64,000 nt of DNA from Candidatus Multivoradales bacterium (GTDB lineage Bacteria; Acidobacteriota; Thermoanaerobaculia; Multivoradales; JAHEKO01): positions 1,600,001 to 1,664,000 of the forward strand of contig CBDCXM010000009.1 in NCBI GenBank assembly GCA_965223855.1, written 5' to 3'. How positions within the stretch are numbered: the stretch's first letter is position 1; each line of letters starts with the position of its first letter. Positions 28,292 to 36,789 of the stretch are shown here, piece after piece. A program made the translations under genes and the position numbers. Below the pieces are notes generated by a model. The model did no database searches, was not told where the DNA came from, and was given only the letters and a program-made list of their open reading frames with translations.

Positions 28292-29074
28292 GAGCTGTTG
28301 CTCCAGGAGCGGCGCGGCGACCTGCTGTGGCTGACGCTGAACGACCCGCAGCGGGCGAATGCGCTGCGCCCCGAGCTGACGGCGGCGCTGACCGAGTGTT
28401 ACTCGAAGGACTGGCGCGCCGAAGGGGTGAGAGGAGTCGTCCTCACCGCGGCGGGGAAGAACTTCTCGGCCGGCGCCGACCTCGAGAACCTGCGCAAGAT
28501 CGCCGACAGCGACCTCGAGGCGAACAGGCGGGACTCGGCGGCGCTGCGAGGCCTCTTCGAGTCGATCCTGCGCCAGGAAGCGCTGACGGTGGCGCTGGTG
28601 CAAGGCGCCTGCGTCGCCGGCGGCTGCGGCCTGGCGACGGCGTGCGACTTCGTGATCGCCGGCGAGGGGGCGCGGTTCCTCTACAGCGAGGTCAAGATCG
28701 GCTTCGTCGCGGCGCTGGTGGCGACCTACCTGCCGCTCCGGGTACGGGGCTCCGACCTGCGCGAGCTGCTGCTGGCGCCGGAGTTCGTCGGTGCTGAGCG
28801 AGGCCGGGAGCTAGGGGTGGTGAACCGCGTCGTGGCGGACGACGCGTTGGCCGAAGAAGGGCAGGCGTTTGCGGAGAAGGTGCTGCGAAACGCCAGCTCG
28901 GAGTCGATCGCGCGCACCAAGCGGCTGATCCTCGACATGGTCGGCAGGCCGCTCTCCGAGCGTCTCGACATGGCGGCGGAGGTCAATGCGCAGTCGCGGC
29001 TGACGGCGGACTGCCGGCGGGGGGTGGAGACGTTCCTCTCCGAGAAGCGGACTCCGGACTGGAGCGACTCGTAG
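28268..29074 (+). CDS. Enoyl-CoA hydratase/isomerase (methylglutaconyl-CoA hydratase-like)
   Basis: LNDPQRANAL, FSAGADL, AGGCGL, SEVKIG; alternative start 28283. Confidence 0.88.
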   Translation: MSTHPMSTELLLQERRGDLLWLTLNDPQRANALRPELTAALTECYSKDWRAEGVRGVVLTAAGKNFSAGADLENLRKIADSDLEANRRDSAALRGLFESILRQEALTVALVQGACVAGGCGLATACDFVIAGEGARFLYSEVKIGFVAALVATYLPLRVRGSDLRELLLAPEFVGAERGRELGVVNRVVADDALAEEGQAFAEKVLRNASSESIARTKRLILDMVGRPLSERLDMAAEVNAQSRLTADCRRGVETFLSEKRTPDWSDS

Positions 29075-29310
29075 TCAGTACCGGCTCAGGTCGGGCGGGT
29101 TAGGTAGGACCCGGCCCGCAACTCGAGCCACCGACGGCGCCAAGGGGGACGTCGCGCGTACTCGGTCATTGTGTGGTCAGCGCGCGCTCGCACGGCGTCG
29201 CCATGGACAGCCGAGGTGATGGGAGGGTGTCGACGGCTCGCCGTGAGCCCCCTTGGTCGCCGTCGGTGGCTCGAGCAGCGGGCCTGGCGGGCGCTGCCTC
29301 GCTGAGAGTT

Positions 29311-29335
29311 TGAACCCGCGTCGGACATCGACGAC
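29311..29335 (+). promoter_or_regulatory. Putative ECF-type (autoregulatory) promoter
   Basis: GAAC-N16-CGAC just upstream of the ECF sigma gene. Confidence 0.35.
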
Positions 29336-29351
29336 TGTAGAAGGTAGAGAC

Positions 29352-29915
29352 ATGACGACTCGATCGGACAGGGTTCTCGAGGAGCTGCTGGTTCTTCGCT
29401 CTCAAAGCGGCGATCGCGCCGCGTTCGATCGGCTCGTCGAGCTCTGGCATCCACGGCTCCTGCGGCTCGCTCGGCGGTTGACGCGGAGCGACGCCGCCGA
29501 CGGGGTCGTGCAGGAGGCGTGGCTCGCGATCGTCCGGGGGTTGTCGAAGCTGAAGGACCCCGCTCTGTTCGGCCCGTGGGCGTTGCGCATCGTCTCGTTC
29601 AAGAGCGCCGACTGGGTGCGCGGACGCCAGCGCGGCCGGAAGCTGCGCGCGGAGGTGGCCGCGGAGCCGAGCGCGGAAGCCGTGGAAGCCGACCCGGACG
29701 ACGAGGCTTCCGAGCCCGCCGACGATCTTGCCAGACTGCGAGGGCGGCTCGGGAAGCTGCCGGCGCGCCAGCGTGTGGTGCTCGAGATGCACTACCTCGA
29801 GGAGCTGCCGGTCGCTCGGATCGCCGCCGTCCTCGGCATCCCGGCGGGAACGGTCAAGTCCCGCCTGTTCCACGCCCGCAAGCAGTTGCGGGCCTCTCTG
29901 GAGGAAGCGAAATGA
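29352..29915 (+). CDS. ECF RNA polymerase sigma factor
   Basis: GDRAAFDRLV, VVQEAW, FGPWALRI, IAAVLGIPAGTVKSRLFHAR. Confidence 0.92.
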   Translation: MTTRSDRVLEELLVLRSQSGDRAAFDRLVELWHPRLLRLARRLTRSDAADGVVQEAWLAIVRGLSKLKDPALFGPWALRIVSFKSADWVRGRQRGRKLRAEVAAEPSAEAVEADPDDEASEPADDLARLRGRLGKLPARQRVVLEMHYLEELPVARIAAVLGIPAGTVKSRLFHARKQLRASLEEAK

Positions 29916-30295
29916 AGAAGCAAAAGATTGACTCTCTGATCCGCGAAGCGCTGGGACAGGAGCACCAGGAGTTCCTCGATTCACTCGACGAGCCCGGACT
30001 GTCCGAGCAGGTCACCTCACTCTTCAGAGGGCGGTGGCGCTTTCTGAATGCGATCAGCATGGTCTGCATGCTGGCGCTCTTCATTGGCGCGGTCTTCTGC
30101 CTGACCCGGTTCCTGGGGACCGACTCCGTGCCGGAGATGCTGCGCTGGGGCGCCGCGATGGCCGCCTGCTGGTTCGGCGTCGGCTTCCTGAAGCTGTGGG
30201 CGTGGCTCGAGCTGGAGCGTCACGCGGTGACGCGAGAGATCAAGCGCCTGGAGCTCCAGATCGTTCATCTCGGGTCGCGGTTGGAGCGGAGCTGA
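29912..30295 (+). CDS. Two-TM protein (DUF6768-like), putative anti-sigma factor
   Basis: ATGA-coupled to the sigma gene; KIDSLIREAL, two TMs, KLWAW...REIKRLELQI. Confidence 0.7.
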   Translation: MKKQKIDSLIREALGQEHQEFLDSLDEPGLSEQVTSLFRGRWRFLNAISMVCMLALFIGAVFCLTRFLGTDSVPEMLRWGAAMAACWFGVGFLKLWAWLELERHAVTREIKRLELQIVHLGSRLERS

Positions 30296-30346
30296 GGAGG
30301 AGGTGAGGAGAGCTGAGGAGGGAAGTCTCGAGATGGAGGTCGGAGG

Positions 30347-32626
30347 TCAGACGACCCGCTCGAGCCTCGCCGGCACGTGCTTGTGCCAGGGCGTGCCGGC
30401 GAGGAAGTCGCGGCTGGCGGCGTCGGTGAACTCGTTCGGGGGTACGCCGCGCCGCGCGGTCTTTCCCTGGGCGTCGGTGTAGTCGACCCCCGTGCCGTTG
30501 GGGAGCGAGATGTGCCCGGGCGCCATGCGGTCGCTGACTTCGACGGTGACCTCGGAGCTGGCGCGGCTCGTGACGAGACGCAGCACGTCGCCGGTGTCGC
30601 AGCCGATCGCGGCGGCGTCCTGGGGGCTGATCCTCAAGCCGGCGTAGAGGCCGTCGCGGTGCCAGGCGGTGTCGCGCACCGCGGTGTTGGCGGTGTCGCT
30701 TCGGCGCTCGCCGGCGGAGAGCACCAGCGGGAACTCGTCGCTGCGGCCGGGCGGTTCGCTCAGTGCCGCGGCGAGACCGTCGAGCAGCTCGGGGATCGCC
30801 AGTTGGATGCGGTGGTCCGGGTGGCGGATCGCCGTGCGGCTTTCGTCGTAGGTGCTCTTCGAGTAGATGACACCGGAAGGATTGTCGAGGAGCGCACGGA
30901 ACAGGCGGTTGGCGGCCACCGGCCTCGGGCCGCCGAAGCCGGCGCGCTTCGCCTGGCGTGGAAAGCTGCGGACGTAGTTGAGGCAGAAGCCCCAGACGAC
31001 CGCGGCCATCTCCATCCCCGGCGGGAGGCTCGGCCCGAGGGTTCGGTAGAGGAGCGGGCCGGCGTAGCGCATCAGAGAGGGGCGGCGGGCGAGCTTCGCG
31101 GCGAAGACGGCGGTGAAGGGGGTGAGCCCGAGCCGGGCGGCACGTCGCAGGGCGCGGTAGTCGCGCTCGCCGAGCTCGCCCATCGCCTCGAGGAGCCGGC
31201 AGACGATCTCCCCTTCGTCGAGGGTGCCTTCGAGCGGCGCGAAGACGGGCGGGCGCAGGTGGAACGCGTTGTCGGGGTGCTCGAGGTTGAAGAAGGTCGC
31301 CTCCGCCTTCTCGTACTGGCTCGACGACGGCAGGACATAGTCGGCCTGGCGTGCGGTCTCGGTCATCGCGACGTCGATCACGACCGAGAACTCCAGCGCG
31401 CGCATCGCCTCGCGCATCCGCTGGCTGTCGGCGAGCGAGTGCACCGGGTTGCCGCTCTGGACGATCATCGCCCGGTAGCGGTCGGGGTGATCGGTGAGGA
31501 TCTCCTCCGGGATGACGTTGCACGGGATGAGGCCGATGATGATCTTCGCCTCCGCCACCGGGCTGGTGCCGGGCGTCGGCTTGCGCTTGCCGGTGTGGCC
31601 CCGGCTCGCCTTGCCGAGAGAGAAGAACGGCACGAAGGCGTTGCTGGTGCCCTTGCGACCGTAGTGGCCGGTGAGCAACCACACGAGGCGTTGGAGGTAG
31701 CTGACGAGAGTCGAGTGAACCGACATCTGGATGCCGAGGTCCTCGGCGAACGAGACGCTGCCCGCGTGAGCGATGCGCCCGGTCACTTCGCGGATCAGCG
31801 CCTCGTCGACGCCGCAGATCTCGGCACATTCGGCCACAGAGACCCCCGAGAGCGCTGCGCGAACCTCCTCGAAACCGGTCGTGTGCTCGGCGAGCCAGTC
31901 CTGCTTCACCCAACCCTCTTCCAGGATCGTGGCGATCATCGCCGCGATCAGCCAGGCGTCGGTGCCCGGCCTTACCGCCAGGTGATAGTCGGCCCGCTCG
32001 GCGGTTTCGCTGCGGCGCGGGTCGATGACGACGAGACAGCGCTCGGGATCGCGGGCGATCTCTCCGATCACCGCCCGGGCGCGGGCGATGCCGTGTGACT
32101 GCCATGGGTTCTTGCCGAGGAAGACCGCGACCTCGCAGTGCTCGAAGTCGCCGTGAGCGCCGATGCCGAGCATCTTGCCGGCGACCCAGAACTCACCCGT
32201 CTTCTCCTGCGCCAGGGCGTTGGAGCGGTAGCGCACCCCGAGCGCCTTGAGCCAGGCGTCGATGTAGGTGCCGCCCAGGTGGTTGCCCTGGCCGCCGCCG
32301 CCGAAGAAGAGGATCCTGTCGCCGCCCCATTTTTCGCGTACCGCCCCCATCCGCTCGGTGATCTCGGCGATCGCGGTGTCCCAGTCGACCGGCTCGTAGC
32401 TGCCGTCCTCGCGGCGGCGCATCGGCGAGGTGATTCGGTCGGCGCCGTTCTGGTAGTAGTCGAGCCGCTGCGCCTTCTCGCACAGGTAGCCCTTCGAGAC
32501 CGGGTGTGCCTTGTCGCCGACGATGCGAGTGAAGCGGCGATCGTCGGACTGCGCCTTCACGCCGCAGTTGAGCGAGCAGAGGATGCACGCGGTGTGATGC
32601 CAGGGCTGGCTGTCAGGCGGGGGCAT
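30347..32626 (-). CDS. Cytoplasmic molybdopterin (bis-MGD) oxidoreductase catalytic subunit
   Basis: CILCSLNCG...GYLCEK 4Fe-4S motif, GKNPWQSHG, VIDPRRSETA, TETARQADYVLP, C-terminal dinucleotide-binding domain; no Tat signal. Confidence 0.9.
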   Translation of the reverse strand: MPPPDSQPWHHTACILCSLNCGVKAQSDDRRFTRIVGDKAHPVSKGYLCEKAQRLDYYQNGADRITSPMRRREDGSYEPVDWDTAIAEITERMGAVREKWGGDRILFFGGGGQGNHLGGTYIDAWLKALGVRYRSNALAQEKTGEFWVAGKMLGIGAHGDFEHCEVAVFLGKNPWQSHGIARARAVIGEIARDPERCLVVIDPRRSETAERADYHLAVRPGTDAWLIAAMIATILEEGWVKQDWLAEHTTGFEEVRAALSGVSVAECAEICGVDEALIREVTGRIAHAGSVSFAEDLGIQMSVHSTLVSYLQRLVWLLTGHYGRKGTSNAFVPFFSLGKASRGHTGKRKPTPGTSPVAEAKIIIGLIPCNVIPEEILTDHPDRYRAMIVQSGNPVHSLADSQRMREAMRALEFSVVIDVAMTETARQADYVLPSSSQYEKAEATFFNLEHPDNAFHLRPPVFAPLEGTLDEGEIVCRLLEAMGELGERDYRALRRAARLGLTPFTAVFAAKLARRPSLMRYAGPLLYRTLGPSLPPGMEMAAVVWGFCLNYVRSFPRQAKRAGFGGPRPVAANRLFRALLDNPSGVIYSKSTYDESRTAIRHPDHRIQLAIPELLDGLAAALSEPPGRSDEFPLVLSAGERRSDTANTAVRDTAWHRDGLYAGLRISPQDAAAIGCDTGDVLRLVTSRASSEVTVEVSDRMAPGHISLPNGTGVDYTDAQGKTARRGVPPNEFTDAASRDFLAGTPWHKHVPARLERVV

Positions 32627-32682
32627 ATCCTGCGGCGCAGCATATCGGGAACGACGGTCGGAGGCCCCGATGGCGGGGCTAC

Positions 32683-32726
32683 CTACCCCGGAGGGTGGCT
32701 GCGACAGCCGTGATTGCGGGTACCGT
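32683..32726 (+). promoter_or_regulatory. Putative NarL-family activator box plus -10 element
   Basis: CTACCCCGGAGGGTGG (32683-32698), 22 nt, TACCGT; same layout as 36738-36781. Confidence 0.6.
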
Positions 32727-32775
32727 CCGACTGGATTCGTCGCTCGAACGTTCCTCGCAGCAAGGAGGCCTCGCC

Positions 32776-34713
32776 ATGGGTCAGACCGACGTCAGCGCCG
32801 CCTTCGATCCGCAGCAACTGCGGCTCTTCGGGCAGAAGGTGCTCCGCGATCTCCGGGCGCTCGAAGCGATGATCGAACAGTCTCTGTTCGAGACCGACCG
32901 CCGCCGGATCGGCGCCGAGCAGGAGATGTGCCTCGTGACCCCGGAGGGGTTCCCGGCGCTCGTCGGGCCGGCGATTCTCGAGGCGGTCGAGGATTCGCAC
33001 CTGACGACCGAGCTCGGCCGCTTCAATCTCGAGCTCAACCTCGACCCGCAGGAGTTCGAGGGGCATGCGCTGTCGGTGATGGAGGGGCAGCTGCTCGAGT
33101 TGCTGGCGATCGTGCGCCGTGGGGCGCGCGAGGAGGGGAGCGAGGTGTTGCTGACCGGGCTCCTGCCGACGCTCGAGAAACGCCACCTGACCCTCGAAGC
33201 GATGACCCCAGTACCGCGCTACCACGCCCTCAACGAGGCGATGCGCCGGCTCCGCGACGGTGAGGACTTCCAGTTCCACATCCGCGGCGAGGACGAGCTG
33301 CGCGTCTCGCACGACAATGTGATGCTCGAGGCGTGCACGACGAGCTTCCAGGTCCACTACCAGGTGGCGCCGGCGGAGTTCGCCCTCGCCTACAACACCG
33401 CTCAACTTCTGGCGGCGCCGGTGCTGGCGGTCGCCACGAACTCGCCGCTCCTCTTCGGCCATCGGTTGTGGAGGGAGACGAGGATCGCCGTCTTCGAGCA
33501 GTCGATCGACACGCGGCCGACGGCGTCGCACCACCGTCAGCAGGCGCGGCGCGTGAGCTTCGGCCGCGAGTGGGTGAAGGAGTCGGTGCTCGAGCTCTTC
33601 CGGGACGACATCTCGCGGTTCCCGGCCGTGCTGGCCGTCGAGACGGACGAGGACTCGCTGGCGCTCCTGGAGAAGGGGGAGATCCCGAAGCTGCGTGCGT
33701 TGCAGCTGCGCAACGGCACGGTCTATCGCTGGAACCGGCCCTGCTACGGCATCACCGACGGCAAACCCCACCTGCGGATCGAAAACCGGCTGCTGCCTTC
33801 CGGGCCCTCGGTGCGCGACGAGATGGCGAATGCCGCGCTGTGGCTGGGGTTGATGAGCGGCCTCCCGGCGCAGCTGGGGGATCCGTCGTCGCTGCTGCCG
33901 TTCGACGAAGCGCGGTCGAACTTCATCGCCGCCGCGCGCCATGGGCTCGACGCGCAGGTGAGCTGGCCGGGGCTCGGGCGGCTGCCCGTCGCGGTGCTCC
34001 TCGAGGAGACGTTGCTGCCGATCGCCCGCCAGGGGCTCGAGGAGGCAGGTGTCGCTCGTGACGACGTCGACGAGTATCTGTGGGTCATCGCCGGTCGGGT
34101 TCGCTCCGGTCGCACGGGCTCGCGCTGGATCCTGGAGGCTGCCGGCGGAGAGCGGGGGATGGCGAAGGCGTCGGCACTGGCCCACGTGGTGCGCGAGACG
34201 CTGGCGCGCCAGGCGGAAGGCCTGCCGGTGCACGAATGGTCGCCGGCACAGCCGCCGGCGGAGGTGGCGACCCCGGGGCCGGACCTCACCGTTTCTCATC
34301 TGATGACGGGGGATCTCTTCACCGTCGGCGAGGAGGAGGTCGTCGATGTGGTGGCCGCGGTGATGAACTGGCGGCACCTGCGCCGGATTCCGGTGGAGGA
34401 CGCCGCCGGGCGGCTCGTCGGGCTGGTGACCTATCGGGCGCTGCTGCGGGTGCTGAGCGACTCCCAGGCGCGCCGGGCGCTGCCGGTGGGGGAGATCATG
34501 ACGCGCGACCTGCACACGGCGTCGCCCGACACGACGGTGCTCGAGGCGCTCAAGACGATGCAGGAGCATCGGGTCGGCTGTCTGCCGATCGTCGACGGCG
34601 ACCGGCGGCTGGTCGGCATCCTGACCGAGCACGACCTGATCGGACTCGCGCGGCCGCTGCTCGAGCGCCACCTGACGGGTGACGAAGGCGGCCCGACCGA
34701 CCGGGCGGAGTAG
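32776..34713 (+). CDS. Glutamate-cysteine ligase (GCS2)-like protein fused to a C-terminal CBS pair
   Basis: AAGGAGG RBS; IGAEQE, TTELGRFNLELN, EACTTSFQVH, NSP, VYRWNRPCY, HLRIENR; two CBS repeats. Confidence 0.85.
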   Translation: MGQTDVSAAFDPQQLRLFGQKVLRDLRALEAMIEQSLFETDRRRIGAEQEMCLVTPEGFPALVGPAILEAVEDSHLTTELGRFNLELNLDPQEFEGHALSVMEGQLLELLAIVRRGAREEGSEVLLTGLLPTLEKRHLTLEAMTPVPRYHALNEAMRRLRDGEDFQFHIRGEDELRVSHDNVMLEACTTSFQVHYQVAPAEFALAYNTAQLLAAPVLAVATNSPLLFGHRLWRETRIAVFEQSIDTRPTASHHRQQARRVSFGREWVKESVLELFRDDISRFPAVLAVETDEDSLALLEKGEIPKLRALQLRNGTVYRWNRPCYGITDGKPHLRIENRLLPSGPSVRDEMANAALWLGLMSGLPAQLGDPSSLLPFDEARSNFIAAARHGLDAQVSWPGLGRLPVAVLLEETLLPIARQGLEEAGVARDDVDEYLWVIAGRVRSGRTGSRWILEAAGGERGMAKASALAHVVRETLARQAEGLPVHEWSPAQPPAEVATPGPDLTVSHLMTGDLFTVGEEEVVDVVAAVMNWRHLRRIPVEDAAGRLVGLVTYRALLRVLSDSQARRALPVGEIMTRDLHTASPDTTVLEALKTMQEHRVGCLPIVDGDRRLVGILTEHDLIGLARPLLERHLTGDEGGPTDRAE

Positions 34714-35370
34714 CTAGCTGTCCTCCTGCTCCTTCGGGCTGCCGTGGCCGGCCTGGAGGGCGAAGGCGACGACCTGCGCGCGGTTGTTGAGGTGCAGCTT
34801 CTCGAAGATGTGCCGGATGTGAAACTTGACCGTGTTCTCGCTCACACCGAGGTGCTCCGCGAGATCGCGATTGCTCGTCACGCCGTGGATCATCAGGTCG
34901 AGTACCTGGTCCTCGCGCTCGGTGAGCGCCTCCACCATCGGTGTGTCGAGGGTGCCGGCGCCGCTGAAGTCGCCACGGACCCGGCGCGCCATCGAGGGGG
35001 TGAGGAGCGGATGTCCCTCGGCGAGGCTGTCGAGGACGGCGAAGAAGTCCTCCGCCATCAGGTTCTTGAGCAGATAGCCGCGCGCACCGCTCTTGATGGC
35101 GGCGAACACCGAGGCGTCGTCGTCGCTCGCCGTCAGAACGACGACATGGGTCTCGGGGAGCTCGGCGCTGATCGCCCGGGTGGCGTCGAGTCCGCTCATG
35201 CGGGGCATCGTGAGGTCCATCAGCACGACCTCGGGCTTGAGCTCGAGGGTTAGATCGACCGCCTCACGTCCGTCGCTCGCCTCCGCGACCACCTCGTAGT
35301 CGTTCGCCTCCAGCAGGCTGCGCAGACTGGCGCGAAAGAGCGCGTGATCGTCTGCGATGAGGAGCCTCAC
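34714..35370 (-). CDS. NarL/LuxR-family response regulator
   Basis: IADDH, LMDLTMP, GYLLK; HTH LTERE...SENTVKFH. Confidence 0.93.
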   Translation of the reverse strand: MRLLIADDHALFRASLRSLLEANDYEVVAEASDGREAVDLTLELKPEVVLMDLTMPRMSGLDATRAISAELPETHVVVLTASDDDASVFAAIKSGARGYLLKNLMAEDFFAVLDSLAEGHPLLTPSMARRVRGDFSGAGTLDTPMVEALTEREDQVLDLMIHGVTSNRDLAEHLGVSENTVKFHIRHIFEKLHLNNRAQVVAFALQAGHGSPKEQEDS

Positions 35371-36704
35371 GGGTCGGTGCCTTGTCTCCTCGGCACCTCC
35401 GCAAGGATCTTCGTCCCCTCACCGGGTGCCGTGGTGAGCGTAAGGGTACCGCCAATTCCCTCGACGCGCTCGCGCATGATCGACAGGCCGTAGCCGTTGC
35501 CCTCGGCGGCGGTCTCGACCTCGAATCCGGTGCCGTCGTCCGAGACCGAGAGGGTGGTGCCCTCGCCGTTGGCGGCCATCCTGATCTCGACCCGGCCGGC
35601 AGCGGCGTGACGGCGGACGTTCGACAGCGCCTCCTGCAGCACCCGGTAGAGCTCCCACTTGGAGGTCCAGGGCAGCTGGACCGCCTGGCTCGAGACGGCG
35701 GTGACGATGCCGGTCTGCTCGGACCAGTCCTGCGCATAGGCGTCGACGGCTTCCTCGAGGTCGAGCTCGGAGTTGAGAGGATTTCGCAGTGCGAGGATGC
35801 TCTCCCGGACCTCGTCGTACGCCGTCCGCGCCGACTCGCCGAGCCCCTCCAGATGGCCAAGGACGGCGTCGGTGTCGTTCTTGCGCAGCAGTCTCAGAGC
35901 CGCCTGCGAGCGGACGCTGACCGAGGCGAGCACCTGCGCCAGGCCGTCGTGCATCTCGCGTGCGATGCGCAGAGCCTCGTTGGAAACAGCGGCGGAGCGC
36001 AGTTGCTCGTGGTGGGAGGAGGTATCGACCGCGAGCCCGGCGATCCTGGCGAAACGGACGAGCGATTCTTCGTCGAACTGGGTGAACGCCGGCGCCGTCT
36101 CCTTCTCGGCCAGGTAGAGATTGCCGCGAAAGCCGTTACGGGACGCGATCGGGACGGCGAGAAGGGATTTCATCGGCGGGTGCTTGGCGGGGAAGCCGGC
36201 GGAGCGGGGGTCGCGGGCGAGGTCGTCGAGGCGCAACCGCTCGCCCCTTAGCAGTGGAACCGCCAGCAGGCCGCGACCGGTGGGCGGAGCCCCGATCTGC
36301 TCGGCGAGCTCGGGCTCGATCCCGGAGGTGATGAACTCGACGATGGTCCCCTCGTCGTCGACGACGGACAGTGCTCCGTAGCGCGCGTCCATGAGTTCAC
36401 GAGCCTGTTCGACGATTCGCTCCAGCAGTTGCCCCAGGTCGAGGTCGCCGTGGATCTCGAGACCCGCCTCGTAGAGTGCATAGAGTTCGTCGTTGTGGCG
36501 TTCCAACCTCTCTCGAAGCAGCACCTGCTCCCGGATTGCGCCGATGCCGAGCGCCACTACGCAGGCGACGAAGAGCAGCTTCACTGCGACCGTCGTCCAA
36601 CCGGGCGCGGCGGGGGGGAGGAGCAGATACAGCGCTACCAGCATCACGATGAGCGCGAGCGCTACCGTCCAGTGCCACTTGTACCGCCGGGCGGTGGGTT
36701 GCAT
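35367..36704 (-). CDS. Sensor histidine kinase with two TMs, DosS-like GAF domain and HisKA_3
   Basis: GFPAKHPPMKSLLAVPI (GAF), IAREMHDGLAQ, QEALSNVRRH, DDGTGF, GYGLSIMRER; start placed at ATG 36704. Confidence 0.9.
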   Translation of the reverse strand: MQPTARRYKWHWTVALALIVMLVALYLLLPPAAPGWTTVAVKLLFVACVVALGIGAIREQVLLRERLERHNDELYALYEAGLEIHGDLDLGQLLERIVEQARELMDARYGALSVVDDEGTIVEFITSGIEPELAEQIGAPPTGRGLLAVPLLRGERLRLDDLARDPRSAGFPAKHPPMKSLLAVPIASRNGFRGNLYLAEKETAPAFTQFDEESLVRFARIAGLAVDTSSHHEQLRSAAVSNEALRIAREMHDGLAQVLASVSVRSQAALRLLRKNDTDAVLGHLEGLGESARTAYDEVRESILALRNPLNSELDLEEAVDAYAQDWSEQTGIVTAVSSQAVQLPWTSKWELYRVLQEALSNVRRHAAAGRVEIRMAANGEGTTLSVSDDGTGFEVETAAEGNGYGLSIMRERVEGIGGTLTLTTAPGEGTKILAEVPRRQGTDP

Positions 36705-36737
36705 GCGCGCATTGTAGGGAAGTCGGCTCGAAGCCGC

Positions 36738-36781
36738 CCACCCGATCGGGTGGTGCGTTGCGTCGGGCGGTGTCTCAGAAT
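36738..36781 (+). promoter_or_regulatory. Putative NarL-family activator box plus -10 element
   Basis: Perfect palindrome CCACCCGATCGGGTGG (36738-36753), 22 nt, CAGAAT. Confidence 0.65.
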
Positions 36782-36789
36782 CGAAGGGC

